Below, piece by piece: positions 48,223-56,466 of a stretch of DNA of 61,021 bases. The DNA is from a virus. Taxonomy: Duplodnaviria; Caudoviricetes. Below the pieces are notes generated by a model. That model was not told the origin of the DNA, ran no database searches, and was given only the letters and a program-made list of their open reading frames with translations. Every line of letters starts with the position of its first letter. Position 1 is the stretch's first letter. Made by a program: the position numbers and the translations under genes. The DNA lies in IMG/VR virus record IMGVR_UViG_3300032309_000977, positions 1 through 61,021 of that record; one strand, given 5' to 3'.

Positions 48223-48930
48223 ATGAAGGACAAATACCTCATCGCAGGTACAGGAAACGCTAAGAAAAATGTCATTGAGGACGGTTTGGCAGATGTCATT
48301 TCGTCACGTGATGTCACATTCTTACTAAGTGCAAGGCGTGGTGCGTCAGAGGGAGAGAAGCGTGTTTACGATTATCTGCTTGACCACAATGCAAAGTTTT
48401 ACCTTATTGGTAACGCAGAAGTTCCAACTGTATTAGAGAAAGCAGCGCTTGGAAAGATTGATGTGATTGCTGAATCACCTGAGTCTCTTGAAGTTCTTTA
48501 CTTGTGGGACGAAACCGATGAAGAAACATCCGAAGAAGATGTCGCACGTTGGTGCGAAGGTGGATATGTAGTTAAAGACTTGACACAAGGTCTTACTCCA
48601 TTGCGTCTTGCTGATGCAATTGAACCAGTAGATACTGCAACAAAAACAGATGAAGAACTACAACCGTTTACTAAAGCGGAACTTAGCAGTATGGCTATTG
48701 GTGTTTTACGCAAACAAGCAGAAGCACAAGGTATTCAACACAAGGCATTAACGAAAGAAGAACTAGTGGAAAAGTTATTAGGTGAAGAACCTGTAGTTAA
48801 GTCAAGCACTCGCCCTACGCAAGAGATTGAAGAAGGCGTAATGATTGTTGTTGTATTCCCTAACGGAACAGTTGTGTCCACTCCAGGAACAATGGCAGAA
48901 GCACGTGTGTTACTTGGAATGACTAACTAA
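48223..48930 (+). CDS. hypothetical protein, possible Rho-N/HEH-like C-terminal motif
   Basis: ELSSM....LRKQA...GI....LTKEELV..L. Confidence 0.55.
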   Translation: MKDKYLIAGTGNAKKNVIEDGLADVISSRDVTFLLSARRGASEGEKRVYDYLLDHNAKFYLIGNAEVPTVLEKAALGKIDVIAESPESLEVLYLWDETDEETSEEDVARWCEGGYVVKDLTQGLTPLRLADAIEPVDTATKTDEELQPFTKAELSSMAIGVLRKQAEAQGIQHKALTKEELVEKLLGEEPVVKSSTRPTQEIEEGVMIVVVFPNGTVVSTPGTMAEARVLLGMTN

Positions 48931-49011
48931 ACGAGGGGGGTCGGAGGAGGAAGAAAGGAGGTAAAAAGCCTCCTCCAACCCACACCCTCAAGGCATGAGG
49001 ACAGGCATGCC
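48927..49011 (-). ncRNA. candidate two-hairpin small RNA with anti-Shine-Dalgarno loops
   Basis: Minus strand: GGCAUG-ccuguccu-CAUGCC; GAGGG(ugu)GGGUUGGAGGAGG-cuuuuuACCUCCUUUCUu-CCUCCUCCGACCCCCCUC-guuu; extended -10 located 7 nt upstream. Confidence 0.55.
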
Positions 49012-49018
49012 AGAACAA

Positions 49019-49027
49019 AGTGTAGCA
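49019..49027 (-). promoter_or_regulatory. extended -10 promoter TGC-TACACT (minus strand)
   Basis: TGn-TANNNT ending 7 nt before the first base of hairpin 1. Confidence 0.5.
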
Positions 49028-49054
49028 CGCAACAATCAGACTGAGGATAGGCAT

Positions 49055-49573
49055 ATGACAAAAAAATCAAGCAAGTTTGGTGGACCCTTTTTACCGTTCC
49101 CTAGGTGGGCACTTGAGTACCTACAGGGTGACGATGTTGGAATTGTAGTTTTAGTAACAATTCTGCAATACATGGATTCTGATACTCAGGAGTTAACTAC
49201 TTCGTACCAGTGGATTGGGAAGTTGATTAAACGGGATAGGCGCACAGTTATCCGTGCCATGAACCGTCTGGTTTCTATTGGGGTCATTTATCGGACCCCT
49301 AGGGTTGGAAAGAAAGGGAGCCTTTCCAATCGCTACTTGGTCAACTTTAATAATCCAAATGTGAATAAAGAAATGACATCTAAGAAGACCCCAGTGTCAC
49401 GGGTGACACCCCCCCTAGTGTCACTGGAGACACTACCTAGTGACACGGGTGACACTCCCCCCAGTGTCACGGGTGACACCCAATCAAGAATAACCAATAA
49501 CAAGAATAACTCTTTCAAGAAGGGAACCGAAGGGATTGACCCTCGTTTAAAGAGGAAAAAGGATAATGGCTAA
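49055..49573 (+). CDS. HTH replication initiator (lambda O-like)
   Basis: wHTH (SYQWIG......RRTVIRAMNRL...G.I...R...SNRY); internal iterons; GAGG before ATG 49055. Confidence 0.8.
   Translation: MTKKSSKFGGPFLPFPRWALEYLQGDDVGIVVLVTILQYMDSDTQELTTSYQWIGKLIKRDRRTVIRAMNRLVSIGVIYRTPRVGKKGSLSNRYLVNFNNPNVNKEMTSKKTPVSRVTPPLVSLETLPSDTGDTPPSVTGDTQSRITNNKNNSFKKGTEGIDPRLKRKKDNG
49393..49479. repeat. four 17-bp palindromic iterons (putative replication origin)
   Basis: AGTGTCACGGGTGACAC-like units at 49393, 49417, 49439 and 49463, followed by an A-rich tract. Confidence 0.85.
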
Positions 49574-49955
49574 GAAGCAACCAGCAGACGACTGGGGCAC
49601 AGCACTAGGACAAAGCCCCGAAAAGGAGACACCAGTGATTAAGACCAGCACCGTAGGACTTCCCTACTATTTTAGGGATGCGCTACCAGCAAACATGTCA
49701 AGCCTGTACTCAACGATTAACGGTCCTGCATTGTCTAAAGGTTTTTCCCATATGCGTGCACAAGGGCTAACTACCGAAGATATCAAAGCAACCATTGACA
49801 AATTCATGCAGGACATTGTTGCTAAACCGTTGCCAAGCCATGTTGTACCTTGGAGAGGCTTCCTTGCTCGGATTGACGAACTTGTTTCATGGTCTAAGAC
49901 AAACCAAGCAGAGGATTTTACTTCTTACAAAATTGACCCAAGGTTGAAAAAATGA
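49566..49955 (+). CDS. hypothetical replication-module protein
   Basis: Overlaps the initiator; ends IDPRLKK. Confidence 0.6.
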   Translation: MAKKQPADDWGTALGQSPEKETPVIKTSTVGLPYYFRDALPANMSSLYSTINGPALSKGFSHMRAQGLTTEDIKATIDKFMQDIVAKPLPSHVVPWRGFLARIDELVSWSKTNQAEDFTSYKIDPRLKK

Positions 49956-50155
49956 AAGAGTTTTGGAACAAGTTCTTTGGAAAAGTCAATGACCTGTCAT
50001 TAAACGACTACGACTTAGATGAATACACATGTGAACTATGTAACGTTGTTTTCTCTGAGTACAACAAGTATCTTCTACACTTCGCAAAAGAGCAATGTGT
50101 ATTAGTTTTTACAGGACTACCAGACAGATTAGAAATTAGGTTGAAAGATGAGTGA
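49952..50155 (+). CDS. small zinc-finger-like protein
   Basis: YTCELCNVVF......LHF....C. Confidence 0.5.
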   Translation: MKEFWNKFFGKVNDLSLNDYDLDEYTCELCNVVFSEYNKYLLHFAKEQCVLVFTGLPDRLEIRLKDE

Positions 50156-50795
50156 GTGGAAAAGCGCAAAGTATTGGAAGAACCGTCCAGTAGCAGAACG
50201 TCTAGACAACTTAAAGATTCCTCGTAGGTACAAAAACACCACTATGGATACATACAATCCAAAGATTGGTGATAATAATGCTTACGAAGCACTTCTTACT
50301 TGGAAACAAGAAGCACTTACGCACATCTCCGAAGGCATGGGTCTTTTTATTTATGGAGATTCAGGAGTAGGTAAAACTCACCTTGCCCAAGCCTTGCTTA
50401 AAGACCTTGTTACTGAACACACATTGAGCGGAATGTTTATCCCAACAACAACTTACATTGAGATGATGTATGACGAAATCCGCAATGATGGGGAATTGCC
50501 AGAAGAATACGCAGACCAAAACGTGGCTAAATACCTTCGCCGTATTTACGATGTTGTCGTACTGGATTCACTAGGTGAAGAACATGACAGTGACTTTACA
50601 AAGCGCTCATTGATGTCATTCTTAGAGAACCGATACAATTGTAAATTGACAACCATTATTACTTCTAACCTAAGTCCAATGCGTATCAAGTCTCGTTACG
50701 GTGAACGCTTCCATTCAATTTTACACGACTGCTGTATGTCTATTCCAGTTCTTGGGGACAACCAAAGGATTACACAAGACTATGCAGGGCAATGA
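50148..50795 (+). CDS. DnaC/IstB-like helicase loader ATPase
   Basis: GDSGVGKTHLA, VVVLDSLG.E, RY....TIITSN. Confidence 0.88.
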   Translation: MSEWKSAKYWKNRPVAERLDNLKIPRRYKNTTMDTYNPKIGDNNAYEALLTWKQEALTHISEGMGLFIYGDSGVGKTHLAQALLKDLVTEHTLSGMFIPTTTYIEMMYDEIRNDGELPEEYADQNVAKYLRRIYDVVVLDSLGEEHDSDFTKRSLMSFLENRYNCKLTTIITSNLSPMRIKSRYGERFHSILHDCCMSIPVLGDNQRITQDYAGQ

Positions 50796-51225
50796 CCTAC
50801 TAGATTTTTCATCTGTTACGCAAGGCGTGATTTTTGAAGGAGTCTTAGCAATACCACCAACTAATACAGTTGCTTCAACAAAGGCTGCATTTTTTAAGAA
50901 CCGTGAAAATTGGTCAGCGTATTTGCGTCTGTGGGAACCAAATGAGTTACCACTTAAAGCAATGATAGATAGTGCAACACGCTTAGGTGTTGGTACAGAT
51001 GTGTACACTTTTGTCTCACAAGGTTTTGCAGAAGAAGTAGATAAATGGTTGATGCGTAAAGGAATCTCAGTCGCAGTCCTGTACTATGGCTCCGTTGAAG
51101 AACTCGCATATGATTTACGGTTTCAACGACAAATTAGGACAATATACACAGCAACAGAGGAACAGGCATCCGTAATCGGAATCCGTTCTCATGTTGTTGA
51201 CCCAAAGAAAGCATGGATTTCATAA
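50782..51225 (+). CDS. hypothetical protein (possibly degenerate HAD-like)
   Basis: ATG 50782; VIFEGVLA. Confidence 0.55.
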   Translation: MQGNDLLDFSSVTQGVIFEGVLAIPPTNTVASTKAAFFKNRENWSAYLRLWEPNELPLKAMIDSATRLGVGTDVYTFVSQGFAEEVDKWLMRKGISVAVLYYGSVEELAYDLRFQRQIRTIYTATEEQASVIGIRSHVVDPKKAWIS

Positions 51226-52481
51226 TGGCTAGTGCCGAACACTTACTCATTAGTAAGGTCATTAACGACAACGACATCTCACATGTTGTTGAGGCTGGTA
51301 TTCGTCCTAACCACTTCAGCCCACAATGGGAAGGAGTTTGGTTGTGGGTATTGGATTACTGGAGGACGCATGCCGCCATTCCAAGTATTCGTGCACTTAA
51401 CCAAGAGTTTGCCGACTTAGAACTTGCGGATTCAAACCGTGAACAGTTCTCCAATCTGATTGACGAGGTACTCAACTCCTACCGTCACCAGAAGTTAGTT
51501 GAGACTATCTCATCAGCAATGCCACTGCTGAATAACAACAGCACCAATGAAGCAATTCAAATGCTCTCAGATGGTTTGCAGACAGCCTCTGCTGAGGTGG
51601 CTCGTCTTCGTGACGTTGACTTGATTCAGTCATGGGAAGAACGTATTGCTCGTTACAACCTAATGAGGGAAACACCTAATGCTATTCGTGGTATCCCTAC
51701 AGGCTTTACTGGGTTAGACAGGATTACTGCTGGCCTTCGTCCACAACAATTGATTACTTTTGTGGGTGAAGCAAAGAAAGGTAAGTCACTCATTACCTTG
51801 ATTATTGCTAATGCAGTTCACACACACGGCAAGGTTCCAATGTTCATCTCATTTGAAATGAGTATTGAGGAACAGGCTGCTCGTTATGACGCCATTGTTT
51901 CTAACATTTCTCACACCAAGATTATTCGTGGAGACCTGACTAAAAAAGAAGTTGAAAAGATTGAGACAACACTTCGCATGCGTAAGAACATGCACCCATT
52001 CTTGATGTCAGAAGACAGTTCATCTTTGACAACCGTAAGCGCCATTGCTGGCAAGATTCAACAACACCGTCCAGACATGCTGATTGTTGACGGTGTGTAC
52101 CTCATGGATGATGAGCAAGGAGAACCAAAGGGTTCACCACAAGCGCTCACCAACATCACTCGTTCTTTGAAGCGCATTGCACAGCGCTTTGATATTCCTA
52201 TCATTGGAACTACACAGGTACTTGGTTGGAAGTTGGGGAATAAGAAGTCACGCAAGATTACGGCAGACTCAATTGGTTACACCTCGTCATTCTCTCAAGA
52301 CTCTGACTTGGTTATCGGTGTTGAGTCTGACCCTGATATTGATAATCAAGCAATCTTGCGTGTAGTACTTGCTCGCTCTGCCCCAATGGGCGAAGTCAAG
52401 ATTAAATGGGACTGGGAAAACATGGACTTTTCGGAGGTATTTGAGGATGAGTCAGGCGACAGCGACGACTGGTATTACTGA
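51225..52481 (+). CDS. dnaB: replicative DNA helicase, DnaB-like
   Basis: GIPTGF..LD..T.GL, GEAKKGKS, SFEMS, IVDGVYLM, QDSD. Confidence 0.92.
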   Translation: MASAEHLLISKVINDNDISHVVEAGIRPNHFSPQWEGVWLWVLDYWRTHAAIPSIRALNQEFADLELADSNREQFSNLIDEVLNSYRHQKLVETISSAMPLLNNNSTNEAIQMLSDGLQTASAEVARLRDVDLIQSWEERIARYNLMRETPNAIRGIPTGFTGLDRITAGLRPQQLITFVGEAKKGKSLITLIIANAVHTHGKVPMFISFEMSIEEQAARYDAIVSNISHTKIIRGDLTKKEVEKIETTLRMRKNMHPFLMSEDSSSLTTVSAIAGKIQQHRPDMLIVDGVYLMDDEQGEPKGSPQALTNITRSLKRIAQRFDIPIIGTTQVLGWKLGNKKSRKITADSIGYTSSFSQDSDLVIGVESDPDIDNQAILRVVLARSAPMGEVKIKWDWENMDFSEVFEDESGDSDDWYY

Positions 52482-53373
52482 CCTACCGAACATTCTTCGT
52501 TCAATCGGAGTAGATGTTCGTAAGGAAAATGGAAAAGAGATTGTGGGCTGTTGCCCTGTGCATGAAAAGCGCACTGGTAAAGCAGACAGGTCTCCATCAT
52601 GGTCAATGAATAGCACTAATGGGCTATGGATTTGTCATTCCTGTGGTGCTCGTGGAAACCTACCTATCCTCGTATCAGAGGTAACAGGTGAGACTGACGC
52701 AATTATGGCGGTGCATAATCTCATCATTAGTGCAGGTCTTAATCAATTACAGAACCCAGTGTTTGATAACACCCCAGCCCAGCCAGTGGACTGGCTTACC
52801 TTCAGCGCCTTTGAAAAGCCACCAGTAGAAGAACTGACTAATCGTAGGATTACCAAAGAGGCTTCCGATGAATATGGGCTTAGGTGGAATACATCTAGGC
52901 AAGCGTGGGTTTTGCCTATCGTTTCACCATTAGGAGAATTATGGGGCTGGCAGGAAAAAGGTACGGACTACGTTCGCAACTACCCAGTAGGTATAACCAA
53001 GAGTCACACTTTATTTGGGATTGAGCGTTTTAGGAGTAGCACTGTAGTACTAGTGGAGTCACCACTGGACGTAGTTAGGTTTGCCTCATCTTTTTCAGGA
53101 GTGCAGTGCCTATCTAGTTTTGGAGTGAACGTAAGTACACAGCAGTTACATCTACTGGCTTCTGTAGCCAACAAGTTAATCGTTGCCCTAGATAACGATG
53201 TGGCTGGATTGACTAAGAGTAAAGAATTATTTAAAGTTATGCCTTTGTTTAGGAAAGGCGTATGTTGGTTTGACTACAACGGGACAGATGCAAAGGATAT
53301 TGGGGAAATGACAGATTCTGAAATTGAGGTTGCTTTGAGCGCCTCCTCGGTTATACCTTGGTGGGTGCAATGA
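52447..53373 (+). CDS. DNA primase (CHC2 zinc finger + TOPRIM)
   Basis: CPVH...CHSCG, VESPLD, ALDND.AG, KDIGE. Confidence 0.88.
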   Translation: MSQATATTGITDLPNILRSIGVDVRKENGKEIVGCCPVHEKRTGKADRSPSWSMNSTNGLWICHSCGARGNLPILVSEVTGETDAIMAVHNLIISAGLNQLQNPVFDNTPAQPVDWLTFSAFEKPPVEELTNRRITKEASDEYGLRWNTSRQAWVLPIVSPLGELWGWQEKGTDYVRNYPVGITKSHTLFGIERFRSSTVVLVESPLDVVRFASSFSGVQCLSSFGVNVSTQQLHLLASVANKLIVALDNDVAGLTKSKELFKVMPLFRKGVCWFDYNGTDAKDIGEMTDSEIEVALSASSVIPWWVQ

Positions 53374-54920
53374 CATTCAACGGCAAGTTATACCCATTCC
53401 AACAAGAGGCAGTAGAACACATGGCTGACCGTGGAAAGATGCTTCTTGCTGTTGTGATGGGTGGTGGCAAAACTGTAATCACTATTGCCACACTGGAACA
53501 TCTGATTGAGAACGGGGATGTGTCACGCATTATCGTTGTAGTTCCATCATCACTTAAGTTTCAGTGGCTTCGTGAAATCAATAAGTTCACCAAGTCTAAA
53601 GCGATAGTTATTGACGGCCCAGTAAAGAACCGTCATAACCTTTGGCGTGCTTCACTCAACGCCAAGTATGTAATTATCAATCCAGAAACATTGGTAAATG
53701 ACCAAGAGCATTTTGAGAAGGTTAAGTTTGATGCAATGGTGATTGATGAAGCCACCATGATTAAATCCCCCCGTGCAAAGCGCTCTAAGTTACTAAAGAA
53801 ACTAGGCAAGCGTTGCCAGTATCGGTTTGCATTGACTGGTCAGCCTATTGAGAATAAGCCCGAAGAACTGTTCTCCATCATGGAGTTTGTTGACCCAACA
53901 GTGCTAGGTCGCTTTGATGTCTTTGATAAGACCTTCATCATTCGCAACAGTTATGGCATGCCTATAAAGTACAGGAACCTAAAACAACTTAACGATTCAT
54001 TAGGGGAAGCAATGGTGCGTAAGACTCGTGCTGACATTGCAGACCAGTTGCCTAAAGTAGTTACGCAGGTAGTCCCTGTTGAGTTTGATAAAGCCTCAGC
54101 CAGTCTTTACAACTACATTTCAGACGACCTTCTTGACCAAATCCAAAAGGCTCTTGCACAACACGGTAAAGGTTTTGACCTGTGGTCACATTACAACGGT
54201 GGGTCAGGTGCTAATGAGGCACAAGGGCAAATCATGTCACGGCTTACTATCCTTCGCATGCTTTGTGACAACCCTTTGTTAATTACAGGCTCGGCTAAGG
54301 AATATATTGCCTCTGGAGGTGCTAGTGGTAGTCAGTATGCAGCCCAGTTGGTATCAAGGAAACTTCTTGCAGAAGAACCAGCGATGCCAAAACTTACTGC
54401 TGTGGTTGATTACATTACGGACATCCTTAATGAAGACCCTAACAACAAAGTAGTTTTATTTTCATTCTTTAAAAAGAACCTACATTTCATTCAACAAATG
54501 ACAGCCCAATTAACTAAGAGCGTGTTGTTCATGGGTGGTATGGATGCTAAGGCTCGTGACACGGCAAAGCAAACGTTCTCTACAGACCCAAAGACAAGGC
54601 TATTCCTGTCCTCAGATGCTGGTGGATACGGCGTGGACTTGCCTGGGGCTAACTACCTTATTTCGTATGACTTGCCTTGGAGTGCTGGAAAACTAGACCA
54701 GCGAGAGGCTCGTATCATCCGTCTATCTTCAACACACCCCCATGTTACGCTTACCTCGTTCGTTATGCACGGGAGTATTGAAGAACGTCAATACGAAATG
54801 CTCATGCAAAAGCGAGCAATCAATGAAGCGTTCATTGATAAAGGTTATGATACACAAGGCAAATTTGAACTAACGCTTAGTTCATTATCGGACTTCCTAC
54901 GGACATCGGAGATTAAATAA
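53370..54920 (+). CDS. SNF2-family helicase
   Basis: MGGGKT, VIDEA, LTGQPIEN, GGYGVDL, QREARIIR. Confidence 0.92.
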   Translation: MTFNGKLYPFQQEAVEHMADRGKMLLAVVMGGGKTVITIATLEHLIENGDVSRIIVVVPSSLKFQWLREINKFTKSKAIVIDGPVKNRHNLWRASLNAKYVIINPETLVNDQEHFEKVKFDAMVIDEATMIKSPRAKRSKLLKKLGKRCQYRFALTGQPIENKPEELFSIMEFVDPTVLGRFDVFDKTFIIRNSYGMPIKYRNLKQLNDSLGEAMVRKTRADIADQLPKVVTQVVPVEFDKASASLYNYISDDLLDQIQKALAQHGKGFDLWSHYNGGSGANEAQGQIMSRLTILRMLCDNPLLITGSAKEYIASGGASGSQYAAQLVSRKLLAEEPAMPKLTAVVDYITDILNEDPNNKVVLFSFFKKNLHFIQQMTAQLTKSVLFMGGMDAKARDTAKQTFSTDPKTRLFLSSDAGGYGVDLPGANYLISYDLPWSAGKLDQREARIIRLSSTHPHVTLTSFVMHGSIEERQYEMLMQKRAINEAFIDKGYDTQGKFELTLSSLSDFLRTSEIK

Positions 54921-55318
54921 TGGAAACATTTGACGAAAACTATTACGCTAAGTTGGCAGACGACTTTAAAAAACAAAAGGCTTTTAGTGCCGACATTGAA
55001 AAGCGCCTAGAGGCGATGAAGAAAGAGTTGACTGTTGCTGTAGAAAAGTATGGACAACCAGATAGCAGTGGTCACATCTGGCTCAAGGTAGGGGACATTG
55101 AACTCAAGCGTGAGCGCCGTGTTTCTCGTTCCTTTGACGCTAACTCAGCAGAAGCATGGGCTAAAGAGAATGGCTTGTGGGAAGAACTTAAGCAGGTAGT
55201 AGTCATTGAAAGCATTAGTGAAGATGCACTGCTAGGTTACGCATGGAAAAACAAAGATGTCTCAGACACTGTTCAAGGTTTCTATGTAGAGAAAGAAACA
55301 TGGGCATTTAAGGCGTAA
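54920..55318 (+). CDS. hypothetical protein
   Basis: Coupled 132-aa ORF. Confidence 0.6.
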   Translation: METFDENYYAKLADDFKKQKAFSADIEKRLEAMKKELTVAVEKYGQPDSSGHIWLKVGDIELKRERRVSRSFDANSAEAWAKENGLWEELKQVVVIESISEDALLGYAWKNKDVSDTVQGFYVEKETWAFKA

Positions 55319-55319
55319 C

Positions 55320-55754
55320 ATGAAGGACCCTCTGGACCTGTTCAAAGACTTTCCTGATTTTCCAGGAAAGCGTCAACCTAAGAACAGGGTTAAAGAAAAA
55401 GTAACTAAAGAACTCGCTATTGACCGTTTCAATGGTGCTACTTCTAAGAAGTACATCATCAATGGACAAGAGCATCAGATGTTTACACTAGGTGAAGTTG
55501 CTAAGGCACTTGGAAAGAGTGCAAGTACTTTACGGGTGTGGGAACACCGTGGCTGGCTACCTAAAGCCAGTTACCGAACTCCTCCACCAAAGAGTGAACA
55601 AATTCCAGGAAAAACTTCTCGTGGACGTAGGTTATACACCTTAGTGCAGGTAGAGTTTCTCCTAGAAGCAATGGAGCAGTTCAATATCTATGAGATTAAT
55701 CATGGGGACTGGGATGGCTTCCGAAAACATATAAGAAATAATTGGCCCAAATAA
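55320..55754 (+). CDS. MerR-like HTH DNA-binding protein
   Basis: FTLGEVAKALGKSASTLRVWEHRGWLP...RRLYT. Confidence 0.8.
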   Translation: MKDPLDLFKDFPDFPGKRQPKNRVKEKVTKELAIDRFNGATSKKYIINGQEHQMFTLGEVAKALGKSASTLRVWEHRGWLPKASYRTPPPKSEQIPGKTSRGRRLYTLVQVEFLLEAMEQFNIYEINHGDWDGFRKHIRNNWPK

Positions 55755-55768
55755 CGAAAGAAAAAAAC

Positions 55769-56443
55769 ATGACACGGGATTACGACGAAGAAGAAACAAC
55801 AACACCAACAACAGAAGTAACACGCAAACCAAACGCAAGCGGAAACACCCCTCGTGCAAGCCGCATTGTTCGTGGTGGTTGGACAGCAGTAGACGCAGTG
55901 AAGAATGCAGATTCACCGTTTGCACAACGCTTGCGTGTAACAGAAGAAGTTCAATTGATTCAGTTCATTGATGATGAACCATATGCAGCATGGCGTCAGC
56001 ACTGGGTTGAGCGCACAGGTCAAAAGTCATTCACATGCCTTGCAGACCTTGATGAGCGTGGATGCCCACTTTGTGAAGCAGGTGACCGTCCGTCACTTCG
56101 TTTTGCATTCAACGTTGCACTACTCACTCCAGGTGAAGCACCTGTAAACAAGTCTCTTGAAGTTGGTCCTCGTGTGATTGACCAATTGAAGAACTTCCAC
56201 AACACTCCACACACTGGCCCACTTACAAAACACTACTGGGCTATCTCACGCACAGGTAAGGGTGCAACTAGCGCAACCAACTTGCAAGTAGTTCGTGAGC
56301 GTGACTTGGCTGAATGGAAGTGCGAACCTGCTGATGAACAAATTTCTGTGTACTTAAAGCACAGTGCTTATACAGCAGATGTTATTTCAATCCCTAATCG
56401 TGCAGATTTGGTGAGGATTGCAGCCGAAGAATTCGGCAACTGA
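55769..56443 (+). CDS. single-stranded DNA-binding protein (T4 gp32-like)
   Basis: QHWV...FTC......CPLC, FNV, ISRTGKG; position before the polymerase. Confidence 0.65.
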   Translation: MTRDYDEEETTTPTTEVTRKPNASGNTPRASRIVRGGWTAVDAVKNADSPFAQRLRVTEEVQLIQFIDDEPYAAWRQHWVERTGQKSFTCLADLDERGCPLCEAGDRPSLRFAFNVALLTPGEAPVNKSLEVGPRVIDQLKNFHNTPHTGPLTKHYWAISRTGKGATSATNLQVVRERDLAEWKCEPADEQISVYLKHSAYTADVISIPNRADLVRIAAEEFGN

Positions 56444-56466
56444 TAGTCATAGTTTAGAAAGGACTT

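Noticed and set aside
48995-49054. N-terminal extension of the initiator from ATG 48995
   Set aside because: This ATG lies within a hairpin stem, more than 30 nt from the strong SD; ATG 49055 has a nearby GAGG and starts the plausible domain.
49393-49479. CRISPR mini-array (a Cas4-like gene is present at the window end)
   Set aside because: Repeats are 17 bp with 5-7 bp spacers inside a CDS, which fits iterons; stand-alone Cas4-like nucleases are common in phage recombination modules.
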